Source: Pyrinomonadaceae bacterium (GTDB lineage Bacteria > Acidobacteriota > Blastocatellia > Pyrinomonadales > Pyrinomonadaceae). Taken from it: a stretch of DNA of 64,000 bases. The notes beneath the pieces were generated by a model that worked only from the letters and a program-made list of their open reading frames with translations, had not been told where the DNA came from and made no database searches. Made by a program: the position numbers and the translations under genes. The DNA lies in the NCBI GenBank assembly GCA_046313635.1, contig JBKBYA010000002.1, positions 32,001-96,000 of the forward strand. The letters run 5' to 3'. Positions 38,215 to 48,280 of the stretch are shown here, in pieces; positions within the stretch are counted from its first letter, which is position 1; each line of letters opens with the position of its first letter.

Positions 38215-39194
38215 TGCTTGGATTTTCCTCAGTGACAAGCGAGGCCTCAATTAGATCAAGCCAAAAACTTTCGGGGTCAACGCTGTGGCCGGCACTCTGT
38301 GCGGCGGTGCTGATCGCCGTCTCGGCGGTCGCCACCCTCGCCGGCCCGCAGGTCTCGATCTCGGCCGAAGACAACTCGATGACGGTTGGCGATGCTCCTG
38401 ATACCGAGGTCGTCGCATTCGCAAAGAAGGTCGTCGTCAAGGGATCGGTCAAGGGAGTGACGTCGATCGGCGGGGATGTGATCGTCGAAGGGCGCATCGA
38501 GGGCGACGTAGCGACCGTCGGCGGCTCGATCGTGCAAAGGGAAGGCGCGTACATCGGCGGCAAGGTCATCGCCTTCGGCGGCGGCTACCGGCCGGAGACA
38601 CCGCAGCCGCTGCGCGGTGCCGGCAGCGAAACCGTCGTCTTTGGAATGTTCGAGGACGAACTGCGCAGTATGGCGCAGAATCCGAGCGAGCTGCTTGCGC
38701 CGAGCTTTTCACTAACCTTCCTGGCTCAGCGGCTGTTGTCCGTCTTGTTCTGGTTCGTCTTGTCGATCGGACTCACGACGATCGCCCCGGGAGCCGTCGG
38801 GCGCGCGGTCGCCCGGCTCCACCTTTCGGCGGTCCGCGTGCTTTTGATAGGCACGCTGGCATTTGGAGCCACGATCTTCGGCATCGCCGCCGCGGCCAAT
38901 CTGCTCCCCGAGTATCTCAGCGTCAGCCTGGGGCTCATGGCGTTTGTGCTGCTCTTGCTCTCGTACGTCTTTGGCCGCGTCACTTTGCAGGTGGCGTTCG
39001 GCAAGGCGATCCAAAAGCACCTGCTTGCCGAGGGCAAGCGATCGGAGACCCTCGCGATACTCATCGGCGTACTTGTCTGGACGCTGCTGCTCTCGCTGCC
39101 CTACGTCTGGACGCTGTCTCTGGTCGCTCTCTTCACCGCCGGCCTCGGCCTTGTCCTGACGGCCCGCTCAAGTCCCGCCTGGCACAAGAGTTAA
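38214..39194 (+). CDS. bactofilin-like repeat plus multi-TM membrane protein
   Basis: V.G.V.GDV..GG beta-helix-like repeats followed by ~5 TM helices; translationally coupled to the anti-sigma gene. Confidence 0.7.
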   Translation: MLGFSSVTSEASIRSSQKLSGSTLWPALCAAVLIAVSAVATLAGPQVSISAEDNSMTVGDAPDTEVVAFAKKVVVKGSVKGVTSIGGDVIVEGRIEGDVATVGGSIVQREGAYIGGKVIAFGGGYRPETPQPLRGAGSETVVFGMFEDELRSMAQNPSELLAPSFSLTFLAQRLLSVLFWFVLSIGLTTIAPGAVGRAVARLHLSAVRVLLIGTLAFGATIFGIAAAANLLPEYLSVSLGLMAFVLLLLSYVFGRVTLQVAFGKAIQKHLLAEGKRSETLAILIGVLVWTLLLSLPYVWTLSLVALFTAGLGLVLTARSSPAWHKS

Positions 39195-39235
39195 GATTGT
39201 AAACTTAAGTTTTACAAATCTTTACATATTCGCTC

Positions 39236-39301
39236 GAACCAACTTGATAGAATCTTCGTCTTACGTACCGGACTGTAACTTTTTAGCGGTTCGAGCGTTT
39301 A
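39236..39301 (+). promoter_or_regulatory. two tandem ECF-type promoter motifs
   Basis: GAACC-16-CGTCTT (39236-39262) and TGTAAC-16-CGTTTA (39274-39301). Confidence 0.5.
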
Positions 39302-39339
39302 TACACTGCGAACGCCCGCGATGATCCAAGCGTATTTTT

Positions 39340-40530
39340 ATGACTCGTAAATTCTTACTGCTTATTCTTTTTGCACTTGCGGCGCTGCCCGCCGTCGCGG
39401 TCGGACAGACGCCGGACCCGATGAAGCCGACGACGATCATCGGCGAGGTCGTCGCGATCGACGCTTCCGGGATCTCGATAAAGACAAAGGACGGTCAGAT
39501 CGAGACCACATTGTCCGACAAGACCGAATTCAAGCGTGTGCCCGCCGAGACGCCGACGCTTAAGGCCGCGGTCGCCTCGTCACTCGGCGATATCGCCGTC
39601 GGCGATCGCGTGGTCGTGACCGGCATCTACGGTGCCGACAGATCGACGCTGCCGGCCCGCACAGTCTATTTGATGAGCAAGTCCGACATCGCCCAGAAAC
39701 AGGCCCGAGACTCGGAGCGATGGCGGACCCGCGGCATAGCTGGACGCGTCGTGACGGTCGATCCCGTCGGCAAAAAGCTGTCTGTCGAGATCCGCGGCCT
39801 GATGGGAGTATCCAGCGTGGTCGTCGAGCCTAACACTGAAGCAAAGTTTCTCCGATACGCGCCCGATTCGGTCAAGTACAGCGAGGCAAGGCCTAGCTCG
39901 ATCGCCGAGATCGCTCCCGGAGATCTGATCAGGGCGGTCGGTGAACGCTCTGCCGACGGCGCTTCGCTGAAGGCCGAAGAGATCATCAGCGGTGCTTTCC
40001 AGACGAGAGCCGGCACCGTGAAATCGGTCGACGCCGCAAAAGGCGAGATCGTCGTCTCGGACCTGCAGACCAAAAAGGACCTTACGATCGTCGTTTCGCC
40101 GACGTCGGTGCTCAAGCGTTTTCCGCAGGAATTTGCCCAGAGATTCCTGCAGATGCAAGCCGGCGGCGCGGGACCGAGACCGATCGGCCAGCCGAGCGGT
40201 GCCGCTCAGGGAACGCCCGCTCCACAGGGAGCCGCGCCGAGCGGCGGCATGCAGCAGAGGCCGGGCGGCGGTCCGGGCGGCCCGAGAGGCGGGATCGACG
40301 AGATGCTCGAACGATTTCCTGATATCGCGATCGCGGACCTAAAGGTCGGCGACACCATCGCTGTCTCGAGCTCGCGTAACGGCGATGCCGACAGGATCAC
40401 CGCGATCAAGCTGCTCGCCGGCGTAGAACCTTTCATTCAGATGGCGCAGATGTCGGCCGGCCCGCAGCGGCCCGGCGGACGCAGCCCCGACATTAACATT
40501 CCTGGTCTCGACAGCGTCGGGATCCCTTAA
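39340..40530 (+). CDS. secreted protein with three repeated OB-fold-like (DUF5666-like) units
   Basis: Signal peptide; three G.V..VD...T...DI.VGD.V modules. Confidence 0.7.
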   Translation: MTRKFLLLILFALAALPAVAVGQTPDPMKPTTIIGEVVAIDASGISIKTKDGQIETTLSDKTEFKRVPAETPTLKAAVASSLGDIAVGDRVVVTGIYGADRSTLPARTVYLMSKSDIAQKQARDSERWRTRGIAGRVVTVDPVGKKLSVEIRGLMGVSSVVVEPNTEAKFLRYAPDSVKYSEARPSSIAEIAPGDLIRAVGERSADGASLKAEEIISGAFQTRAGTVKSVDAAKGEIVVSDLQTKKDLTIVVSPTSVLKRFPQEFAQRFLQMQAGGAGPRPIGQPSGAAQGTPAPQGAAPSGGMQQRPGGGPGGPRGGIDEMLERFPDIAIADLKVGDTIAVSSSRNGDADRITAIKLLAGVEPFIQMAQMSAGPQRPGGRSPDINIPGLDSVGIP

Positions 40531-40594
40531 GAACAAGGCGGCACGCCGCTCCTTCAACGACCTTGAAGAGCGGCGATCATAAAAATAAATTCAT

Positions 40595-43500
40595 ATGCAA
40601 GCTATCAGATCCATATTCTTTACTGCGTTTACCGCTTTGTTGCTTGGCGGGTCCGTTTGGGCCCAGCAGACGGGCTCGGTGGCCGGCCAGGTCGTCGATA
40701 GTCTCGGTGCGGTCGTGCCCGGGGCGGTCGTGACCGCGGTCGCCGCGGACGGCAAGCAAAAATCAGCGACGGCAAATAACCAGGGCCAGTTCTCGATAAC
40801 CGGCCTCGCACCCGGAACCTACACCATCCGCGCGACGGCTCCCAGCTTTGCGCTGTTTGAGAATCCGGGTGTGGCGGTCACCGCCGGCAAGCGAGAAGAG
40901 CTGATCATCTCTCTCACCGTGGCGAGTGTCGAGGAGCAGGTCGAGGTCGGCGGCGAGACCGAGGTCTCGACCGATCCAAACAGCAACGCCAACGCGACGG
41001 TGCTCAAGGAGAAGGACCTCGAAGGGCTGCCCGATGATCCTGAGGAGCTCGAAAGAGCGCTTCAGGCGCTCGCCGGCCCGGCTGCCGGGCCAGACGGAGG
41101 CCAGATCACGATCGACGGCTTCACCGGCGGACGGATGCCGCCGAAAGAAGCCATTCGCGAGGTCCGCATTAACCAAAACCCGTTCTCCGCCGAGTACGAC
41201 CGCATCGGTTTTGGCCGGATCGATATCCTCACCAAGCCGGGCTTTGACCGTTTTCGCGGATCCGCGAATTTCAACTTCAACGACGAGAGCCTCAACTCAA
41301 GGAATCCGTTTGCGCTGAATCGCGCGCCGAGCCAGTTCCGCAATTTCGGCGGATTTATCAGCGGGCCGATCCAGTCCAGGAAGTCGTCGTTCTTTCTCGA
41401 CGTAAATCACAATTCGCGAGACGAGAACGCCGTTATCAGCGCGACCGTGCTCGACCCGTCTCTCAACATCGTAAGCTTTAATCAGGACGTGACGGTCCCG
41501 ACGCGGCGATTCTCGATCGGCCCGCGGATCGATTACGCCATCAACGACCGCAACACTCTGGTCGCTCGCTACAGCTTTTCGCGGTCAACGTCGGAGAATC
41601 AGGGCATCGGCGGATTTTCGCTGCCGTCGCGAGCGTCAAACTCGCAGAATACGCAGCACAACCTGCAGTTGACCGAGTCGGCGATCCTGAACGCGCGGAC
41701 GGTGAACGAGACCCGACTGCAGCTCGAATTCAATCGCCGCGAGCAGACCGGCGACAACAGCATCCCGACGATCAACGTCTCCGGCGCCTTTATCGGCGGC
41801 GGAGCGCAGGTCGGCAACAGCTACAACAAGACAAGCCGCTGGGAACTGCAGAACTACACGACGACATCGTTTGGCAGAAATTCGGAACATGCCGTCAAAT
41901 TCGGCGTCCGCATCCGCGGCACGAGGGTCGAGGATCGTTCCGAGTCGGGCTACGCCGGAACGTTCACTTTCTCGGGTTTTGTCGACAACAACGGTACGCC
42001 TAACGATCCGAGTGACGATCGATTCGTAAGCTCGATCGAGCAGTATCGTCAAAAAGTGCTGGGCAATCCCGACCCGCGTTACAATCCGCGGCAGTTCAGC
42101 ATCACTACCGGCAATCCGCTTGCCGAGGTCTCGCAGTACGACTACGGCGTTTTTGCCACCGACGACTGGAAGTTCCGTCCCGATCTGACGCTGAGCTTCG
42201 GGCTCCGGTACGAGAATCAAACCAACATCAGCTCGAACCTTAATTTCGCTCCGCGGTTCGGATTTGCGTGGGCTCCGGGAGCCGGCGGCGCGCGGGCCCC
42301 GAAGACGGTCGTCCGCGGCGGTTTTGGAATATTCTTCGATCGATTTGGCGAAAACAATACGCTCCGCGCAAATCGCCAGAACGGCGTGAACCAGCTCCAG
42401 TACACGGTCACGAGCAATCAAAACAATCTGCTCGGCCAGGCCGTCTTCTCCTACAATGGCGTGACCAACGTCCCGACCGTGCAGCAGCTCGCCGCCGTGG
42501 CGCCGCTGGCAAGCATCCCGTTCCGCGTCGCGAGCGATCTTGATTCGCCATACGCGATGCAGAGCGCCATCAGCGTCGAGCGTCAGCTCCCGCGGAATAC
42601 GGTCTTATCTGCGACATTTACGATGTCGCGTTCGGTGCACTTGCTCAGGACGCGCAATATCAACGCTCCGGTCTGTGCGAGCACGGCGGTTTGCCCGTCG
42701 GGTCTGACGCCGGCGCAGATCCAGGCGCTCCGGCCCGACCCGTCGGCCGGCAACATCTATCAGGTCGAGTCGAGCGGGTACTCAAATACGCAGCTCTTCG
42801 TGCTCGGATTCCGTTCCAACTTCAGCCGCAGATTCTCGATCAACGGCGGCTACACGCTCTCGAATTCAAAGGGTGATACCGACAGCCTTAACAGCCCTCG
42901 GATCGTCGTCAACTCGGTCGGCTTCCCGGCGTACAGTTACGATCTGAGCAACGAGTATGCTCCTTCGGCCTTCGTATCGCGGCATTCTCTTTTTATGTTT
43001 GCCTCGGCTACGCTGCCGTGGAATATCAGGTTGAATCCGGTCGTTATCGCGAGCAGCGGGCGACCCTTTAACATCACGTCTGGTACTGACGCCAACTACG
43101 ACTCACTCTTTTTTGAGCGGCCCACCTACGCGCAGCTCGCCGGCCGATGCCGCGAGCTCGGGCTGACGAATTCATTTTGCGACATCGGCGGCATCTCGGA
43201 CCCGAATGCCGTCATTCCGAGAAACTACGGCCGCGGACCCGGCACCTTCATCGTGAATATGAACGTGTCAAAGACGTTCGGATTCGGAGGCTCGCGGTCA
43301 TCGGCGGCCGCAGCGGGCGGCCAGCCGCAGGGAGGCGGAGGCGGTAACCGCGGCGGTAACCGCGGCGGAGGCGGTAACCGCGGCGGAGGCCCTGGAATGG
43401 TGATGATGGGAGCCGGCGGCGGAGGCGGATTCTTCGGCGGCGGCGGGGGCGAGACTCCCAAGCCGTACAACCTCACGCTCGGCGTCAACTTCCAGAACCT

Positions 43501-43657
43501 TTTTAACACCGTAAACCTCTCGGCTCCCGTGGGGACGCTCACGTCGCCGTCCTTCGGCCGTTCGCTCTCGACCGGAGGCGGCTTCGGATTCTTCGGCGGC
43601 GGCGGAGGCGGATCGGCAAACCGGCGGATCGATCTGTCGGTCAGGTTCAGCTGGTAA
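40595..43657 (+). CDS. TonB-dependent receptor, Oar-like, with carboxypeptidase-regulatory N-domain
   Basis: G.V.D..GAVVPGA.V, G.F....L.PG.Y, FSAEY, DDWK.RP.LTL..GLRYE, PR.GFAW; C-terminal RFSW. Confidence 0.9.
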   Translation: MQAIRSIFFTAFTALLLGGSVWAQQTGSVAGQVVDSLGAVVPGAVVTAVAADGKQKSATANNQGQFSITGLAPGTYTIRATAPSFALFENPGVAVTAGKREELIISLTVASVEEQVEVGGETEVSTDPNSNANATVLKEKDLEGLPDDPEELERALQALAGPAAGPDGGQITIDGFTGGRMPPKEAIREVRINQNPFSAEYDRIGFGRIDILTKPGFDRFRGSANFNFNDESLNSRNPFALNRAPSQFRNFGGFISGPIQSRKSSFFLDVNHNSRDENAVISATVLDPSLNIVSFNQDVTVPTRRFSIGPRIDYAINDRNTLVARYSFSRSTSENQGIGGFSLPSRASNSQNTQHNLQLTESAILNARTVNETRLQLEFNRREQTGDNSIPTINVSGAFIGGGAQVGNSYNKTSRWELQNYTTTSFGRNSEHAVKFGVRIRGTRVEDRSESGYAGTFTFSGFVDNNGTPNDPSDDRFVSSIEQYRQKVLGNPDPRYNPRQFSITTGNPLAEVSQYDYGVFATDDWKFRPDLTLSFGLRYENQTNISSNLNFAPRFGFAWAPGAGGARAPKTVVRGGFGIFFDRFGENNTLRANRQNGVNQLQYTVTSNQNNLLGQAVFSYNGVTNVPTVQQLAAVAPLASIPFRVASDLDSPYAMQSAISVERQLPRNTVLSATFTMSRSVHLLRTRNINAPVCASTAVCPSGLTPAQIQALRPDPSAGNIYQVESSGYSNTQLFVLGFRSNFSRRFSINGGYTLSNSKGDTDSLNSPRIVVNSVGFPAYSYDLSNEYAPSAFVSRHSLFMFASATLPWNIRLNPVVIASSGRPFNITSGTDANYDSLFFERPTYAQLAGRCRELGLTNSFCDIGGISDPNAVIPRNYGRGPGTFIVNMNVSKTFGFGGSRSSAAAAGGQPQGGGGGNRGGNRGGGGNRGGGPGMVMMGAGGGGGFFGGGGGETPKPYNLTLGVNFQNLFNTVNLSAPVGTLTSPSFGRSLSTGGGFGFFGGGGGGSANRRIDLSVRFSW

Positions 43658-43741
43658 ACCGCGGAGAGCGGCTGCGGTTCAAAGCGGGAAGTAAGATATC
43701 ATCACGTTATCTTGCTTCCCGTATTCTCTTTGGGGGTCACA

Positions 43742-44479
43742 ATGAAGAAGTTTCTTTTAGTCATCGCCGCTTTCATTCTTCCTCTGTCCGTCGCAGCGCA
43801 GGGGCCGGCGACCGCGGGTGCGTCGATACCCAACACAGCGGCTAGGACGACCGACACGGCGAACGCCGTCGATCTGGCCCGAGCCGTATTCAGCGCTCAC
43901 GGCGGCGAAAAGCTGCAGAAGATGAAGTCTCTCATCGTTCGCGGCAGCGTCGACCTGTCGGCCTTTGGCCAAGCTTTTCCCGGCAGTTTCTCGCTCGTGA
44001 TCGCGCAGGAGCGGTACCGGATCGAGGTGAACTCGATCCAGTCGTTCAAGCAGGCCTTTGATGGTGAGAACACGGTGACGTCGGTGCAGGCCGGCTTTAT
44101 GCTGCCGCCGATGAACAGGCTGGGCATCCCGCTGCTCGCGCGTTTTGGCGAGACCGGCTACGTTGTGTCTGAGCTGCCAAGCGGGAAGAAGCGATCGGGA
44201 TTTCGCATCACGTCGCCGGAAGGCTGGTACACCGATTTCTATATCGACGAAAAGACCAAACTTGTAAAGTCGTATGATTCGGCGTTTGAGTTTCGCGGCC
44301 AAAAAGTGTCGACATCGGTCGATATCGGAAAGAATGCGACCGTCGACGGCGTGGTCGTCCCCGACAAGTTCGCGCAGCGATTTGATATGGGGCAGATCAC
44401 CGCGTACGTCGACTTTAAGGCAAAAGAGATCCTCGTCAACGCTCCTGTCGCCGACGAGGTCTTTAAGAATGTGAATTAG
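43742..44479 (+). CDS. secreted hypothetical protein (possible LolA-like fold)
   Basis: Signal peptide; AHGG.KL..MKS, YID.KT.L, VDGVVVP, VN....D.VF pattern. Confidence 0.7.
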   Translation: MKKFLLVIAAFILPLSVAAQGPATAGASIPNTAARTTDTANAVDLARAVFSAHGGEKLQKMKSLIVRGSVDLSAFGQAFPGSFSLVIAQERYRIEVNSIQSFKQAFDGENTVTSVQAGFMLPPMNRLGIPLLARFGETGYVVSELPSGKKRSGFRITSPEGWYTDFYIDEKTKLVKSYDSAFEFRGQKVSTSVDIGKNATVDGVVVPDKFAQRFDMGQITAYVDFKAKEILVNAPVADEVFKNVN

Positions 44480-44501
44480 GCTTCGGCGGGCGGCGGCGAG
44501 G

Positions 44502-45485
44502 TCATTCGCCGGAGCCGCCGGTCGATGCGGCGCGGGCAAACCTGCTCGATCTCCACCAATCGATCGTTTTTCGCAGCCCTTCTTCGAGGCCGACGAGCTT
44601 TTCGTAACCGATCAGCTCGACGGCCTTTCTGTTATCGGCCTGCGAGTGCTTGACGTCGCCGACGCGCTCGGGCTGGTAGTCTGCCGTCACGTCCGCCCGG
44701 CCGCTGATCTGCTTGAGTACCTCAAGCAATTGATTTAGCGAGGTGCGTTCGCCGTTGGCGACATTCATCACCTCACCGACGCCGGAACTCGACTGTGCCG
44801 CCTTGATGTTCGCGTCGACGACATTGGCGATGAACGTAAAGTCGCGCGACTGCTCACCGTCGCCGTAAATGATCGGACGCTGCCCGCGATACAGAGCGTC
44901 GACAAAACGCGAGATGACGCCCGAATACATCGACGACGGATTCTGCCGCGGCCCGAAGACGTTGAAGTACCGCAGGCAAAAGGTCTCGAGCCCGTAAACG
45001 CGATTAAAGACCTGGCAGTAATACTCGCCGACCAGCTTGGCCGCCGCGTAGGGCGAGAGCGGTTCCGGCCGCATCGTCTCGACCTTGGGCAGCGTCGGCT
45101 GGTCGCCGTATGCCGAGCTCGACGCGGCGTAAATAAGACGCCGAACGCCCCTGTCCCGTGACGCGACAAGCAATTTGAAAGTGCCGTTCACGCACGCCTC
45201 GTGCGTCTCGAGCGGATTTGCGACCGACCGCGGTACGCTCGGCAGGGCCGCTTGGTGAAAGACGATCTCGACGCCGTCAAGCGCTCGGCCGACGGCGTCG
45301 GGATCGTTGATATCGGCACGGACGAATTCAAAGTCGCCTTTTATCTCGTCGAGGTTCTCTTCAAACCCCGTTACCAGATTGTCGATGATCCGTACCTTGG
45401 CCCCGCGACGGATCAACTCTTCGGCGAGGTTCGAACCGATGAATCCGGCACCGCCGGTGACTAGTACTAATGGGGTAAAGCTCAT
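44502..45485 (-). CDS. NAD-dependent nucleotide-sugar 4-epimerase (extended SDR)
   Basis: VTGGAGFIGS, HQAALPSVPRS, ASSSSAYG, SPYAAAK, RYFNVFGPRQ, GDGEQSRDF. Confidence 0.93.
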   Translation of the reverse strand: MSFTPLVLVTGGAGFIGSNLAEELIRRGAKVRIIDNLVTGFEENLDEIKGDFEFVRADINDPDAVGRALDGVEIVFHQAALPSVPRSVANPLETHEACVNGTFKLLVASRDRGVRRLIYAASSSAYGDQPTLPKVETMRPEPLSPYAAAKLVGEYYCQVFNRVYGLETFCLRYFNVFGPRQNPSSMYSGVISRFVDALYRGQRPIIYGDGEQSRDFTFIANVVDANIKAAQSSSGVGEVMNVANGERTSLNQLLEVLKQISGRADVTADYQPERVGDVKHSQADNRKAVELIGYEKLVGLEEGLRKTIDWWRSSRFARAASTGGSGE

Positions 45486-45491
45486 TTCGCG

Positions 45492-46790
45492 TTAGCGGCC
45501 GACGCCTACGTAGTCAAAACCGAGCTCACGCATGTCCTGAGGCTCGTAGACATTTCGCAGGTCGGCGATCTTGGGCGAACTCAAAAGCTCCTTGACGCGG
45601 CCCATATCGAGAGCGCGGAACTGGTTCCATTCCGTAGCGATCACGAGAGCGTCGGCTCCCGACAGCGCTTCGTACTCGTCAGCCGCGAATTCGATGTCGG
45701 GCAGGCAGTGGCGTGCCTCGTTGATGGCAACCGGATCGTAAGCGCAAATGCTCGCGCCTCTGCCGGTCATTGCCCGGATAATGTCGACGGCCGGCGACTC
45801 GCGCATATCGTCGGTCTCGGGCTTGAACGAGAGGCCGAGCACGGCGATCTTCTTGCCGTCGAGGCCTCCGACAAGTCTTTCGATCTTTTCGATCATCACA
45901 TCGCGCTGACGTTCGTTCGCCTCGATCACGGCGTCGACGATACGGGTCTCGACCCCGAACTGGTCGGCGACGGTGGTCAGCGCCCGCGTGTCCTTAGGGA
46001 AGCACGAGCCGCCGTAGCCCGGCCCCGGATGAAGGAACTTGCGGCCGATGCGGTTGTCCATGCCCATTCCGCGAGCGACGTCGTGGACATCGCAGCCGAT
46101 CGCGTCGCAAAGGTTTGCTATCTCGTTTATGAACGTGATCTTGGTCGCGAGGAATGCGTTGGCGGCGTACTTGATCAGCTCGGCGGCCTCGAGCGAAGTG
46201 ATCACGATCGGCGTCTCGATCAGATAGAGCGGCCGATAAAGGTCTTTCATTATCTCGATCGCGTCGTCCTCGTTGCTGCCGATGACGACTCGGTCGGGCC
46301 GCATAAAGTCTCCGATCGCGGCGCCTTCACGCAGGAACTCCGGATTGGAAGCGACACCGAAATTCGTCTCGACCTTGAGATGCCGGCTGACGAATTCACG
46401 GAGCCATTTGCCGGTGCCGATCGGGACCGTCGACTTGGTCACGAGGACCTTGTAGCCGTTCATTGCCTCGGCAACGTCCTTTGCAGCCTGCTGGTAAAAG
46501 CTCATGTCCGGCGAGCCGTCTTCTTTGGGCGGCGTGCCGACGGCCAAAAAGACGACGAGCGCATCCTGCACCGCAGATCTGATATCCGTTGTGAAATGGA
46601 GTCTGCCGGCCCTGGAGTTTTTCTCGACCAAGGTGTCGAGGCCTGGTTCGTATATGGGAATGATGCCCTTATTCAGCTTGTTGATCTTAGTTTCATCGAC
46701 ATCGACGCACGTCACTTCGACACCGAATTCCGCAAAACACGCACCGGTCACCAAACCGACGTAACCGGTGCCAATAACAGCAATATGCAT
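45492..46790 (-). CDS. ugd: UDP-glucose 6-dehydrogenase
   Basis: IGTGYVGL, PIYEPGL, KSTVP, SNPEFLREG, GYGGSCFPKD, FKPETDDMRES. Confidence 0.96.
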   Translation of the reverse strand: MHIAVIGTGYVGLVTGACFAEFGVEVTCVDVDETKINKLNKGIIPIYEPGLDTLVEKNSRAGRLHFTTDIRSAVQDALVVFLAVGTPPKEDGSPDMSFYQQAAKDVAEAMNGYKVLVTKSTVPIGTGKWLREFVSRHLKVETNFGVASNPEFLREGAAIGDFMRPDRVVIGSNEDDAIEIMKDLYRPLYLIETPIVITSLEAAELIKYAANAFLATKITFINEIANLCDAIGCDVHDVARGMGMDNRIGRKFLHPGPGYGGSCFPKDTRALTTVADQFGVETRIVDAVIEANERQRDVMIEKIERLVGGLDGKKIAVLGLSFKPETDDMRESPAVDIIRAMTGRGASICAYDPVAINEARHCLPDIEFAADEYEALSGADALVIATEWNQFRALDMGRVKELLSSPKIADLRNVYEPQDMRELGFDYVGVGR

Positions 46791-46920
46791 AATCTGAAAT
46801 AAATGGACCTCTTAGTATTAGAGATTAAATAAACGCGAACTGAAAGCAAAACGAAGCGGGTCACATTTCAAGAACATGACCCGCAAACGTGATTTCGAGT
46901 TGGTGTGTGCAGCCGGAGTA

Positions 46921-47625
46921 CTAACGAGTGGGGCTTACGATCACGACACCGCCTCCAACTTCGGTATCGCTCTTGCCGCCGAGCAGGATGCCGGCACCCG
47001 CGACGCCCGCAGCGACAAGTACGAGCCACCACGGTCCGCCAAATCGGACCGGCGGGGCCGAGTTCGGTCGCAGGCAGGGCTGGCAGCCGGTCTGAGCGAG
47101 GTTGCCCGCAGTAGCATTGGTGCCCGCAACAACCTGCTTATCGTTGGTGCCTTCGCGAAGGGTGACCATTCCGGTCATGGCATCTACGTGCGTGTGCGAA
47201 CACTCGACCTCGACCAAGAAGCTGTTGGCCTGGGACGAATCAGCGAGGGCGACCGCGTCCTTGGTGGTGATCGTCGTCGCAACGCCGGCGGCGTTCGAAA
47301 CGCGAACCTTGCCTGCCGACAAAATGCCGACAATGCTGTTCTCCGAGAATTGAAGCGTCAGATTTGAATCCGCTAGCAACTCGACGCGGCCGGCTTTACC
47401 AAGGCTGACGGTAGCCGACGAGTCGGCCCCGGTCGCGATCGTGCTGCCGGACATGATCGTGGAATTTGAAACAGCTGTCTGGCCGTTCACGGTTACCTGC
47501 CCAGATACGGAGATCTCACCGGTCACATCCATCGGTGCCGCGAGGGCGACCATTGACGTCACTGTCCAGAACGCAGCCAGCGTGGTCGCGGTAACCAATC
47601 GTTTAAGAACTTGTTTCCCGAACAT
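46921..47625 (-). CDS. secreted FecR-like beta protein with C-terminal TM tail (paralog 1)
   Basis: Signal ..SMVALA; VTVNG, LGKAGRVEL, G.VRV; tail WWLVLVAAGVAGAGILL...IVSPTR. Confidence 0.75.
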   Translation of the reverse strand: MFGKQVLKRLVTATTLAAFWTVTSMVALAAPMDVTGEISVSGQVTVNGQTAVSNSTIMSGSTIATGADSSATVSLGKAGRVELLADSNLTLQFSENSIVGILSAGKVRVSNAAGVATTITTKDAVALADSSQANSFLVEVECSHTHVDAMTGMVTLREGTNDKQVVAGTNATAGNLAQTGCQPCLRPNSAPPVRFGGPWWLVLVAAGVAGAGILLGGKSDTEVGGGVVIVSPTR

Positions 47626-47698
47626 TTGAACTAATTTCCTCCTGTAACGATCCCCAATTTGATAGCCTCCCCGGCATTTTGCCGAGCAAGGTCAATTA

Positions 47699-48280
47699 TT
47701 AACGAACCGGACTGACGACCGTGCCCGAGCCGCCGAGGCTGACATCGTTGTCGGCCTGGGTAGCGGCGATCAAGATTCCCGCTGCGGCACCGCCGAAGAC
47801 GAGGGCCCACAGCCACCATGCTGCTCCGCCGTCGTTATCGTCGTCATCCTGGCGCTTTCCGGCCGCTGAGACCGTTTCACCTGCCGCTGCGGACATTTCG
47901 CCGCTCGCCGTCTTGACCATGACCGGGGCCGCTGCCGAAAGAACCGTGAGGGCGCCGGAAGTAAGGTCGCCGCTAAGCGACTTGTCGTCAAAAGAAAGAG
48001 CGAGGGTTGTGTTCGGAGCAAGCTCGATCACACCTGATTTGCCGAGATTGATGACAGCACCCGCATTTTCCGGAGTCGAGATAACGCTCGATGAAAAGAT
48101 TGAACGACCACTTTTCGCGGCCTCCCCGTTGACGGTGACCGCAGCACTCTGGCTGCCCGTAACGGTGAGTTCACCCACCGCCTTGCCAGGCGCCGCAAGC
48201 GCGAACATCGACGACGTTGCGAAGATAGTCGCCGATAAACCCATAGAGAGCGTTTTCCGAATCCACACGTTGCTGTTCAT
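47699..48280 (-). CDS. secreted FecR-like beta protein with C-terminal TM tail (paralog 2)
   Basis: GAGGAG SD before ATG 48280; ..SMFALA, VTVNG, LGKSGVIEL; tail WWLWALVFGGAAAGILI...VVSPVR. Confidence 0.75.
   Translation of the reverse strand: MNSNVWIRKTLSMGLSATIFATSSMFALAAPGKAVGELTVTGSQSAAVTVNGEAAKSGRSIFSSSVISTPENAGAVINLGKSGVIELAPNTTLALSFDDKSLSGDLTSGALTVLSAAAPVMVKTASGEMSAAAGETVSAAGKRQDDDDNDGGAAWWLWALVFGGAAAGILIAATQADNDVSLGGSGTVVSPVR

Noticed and set aside
43330..43450. GGCGGTAACCGC-type repeats in the TonB receptor gene
   Set aside because: Period is a multiple of 3 and encodes a GGNR/Gly-rich loop; no inverted arm, so it is protein low complexity
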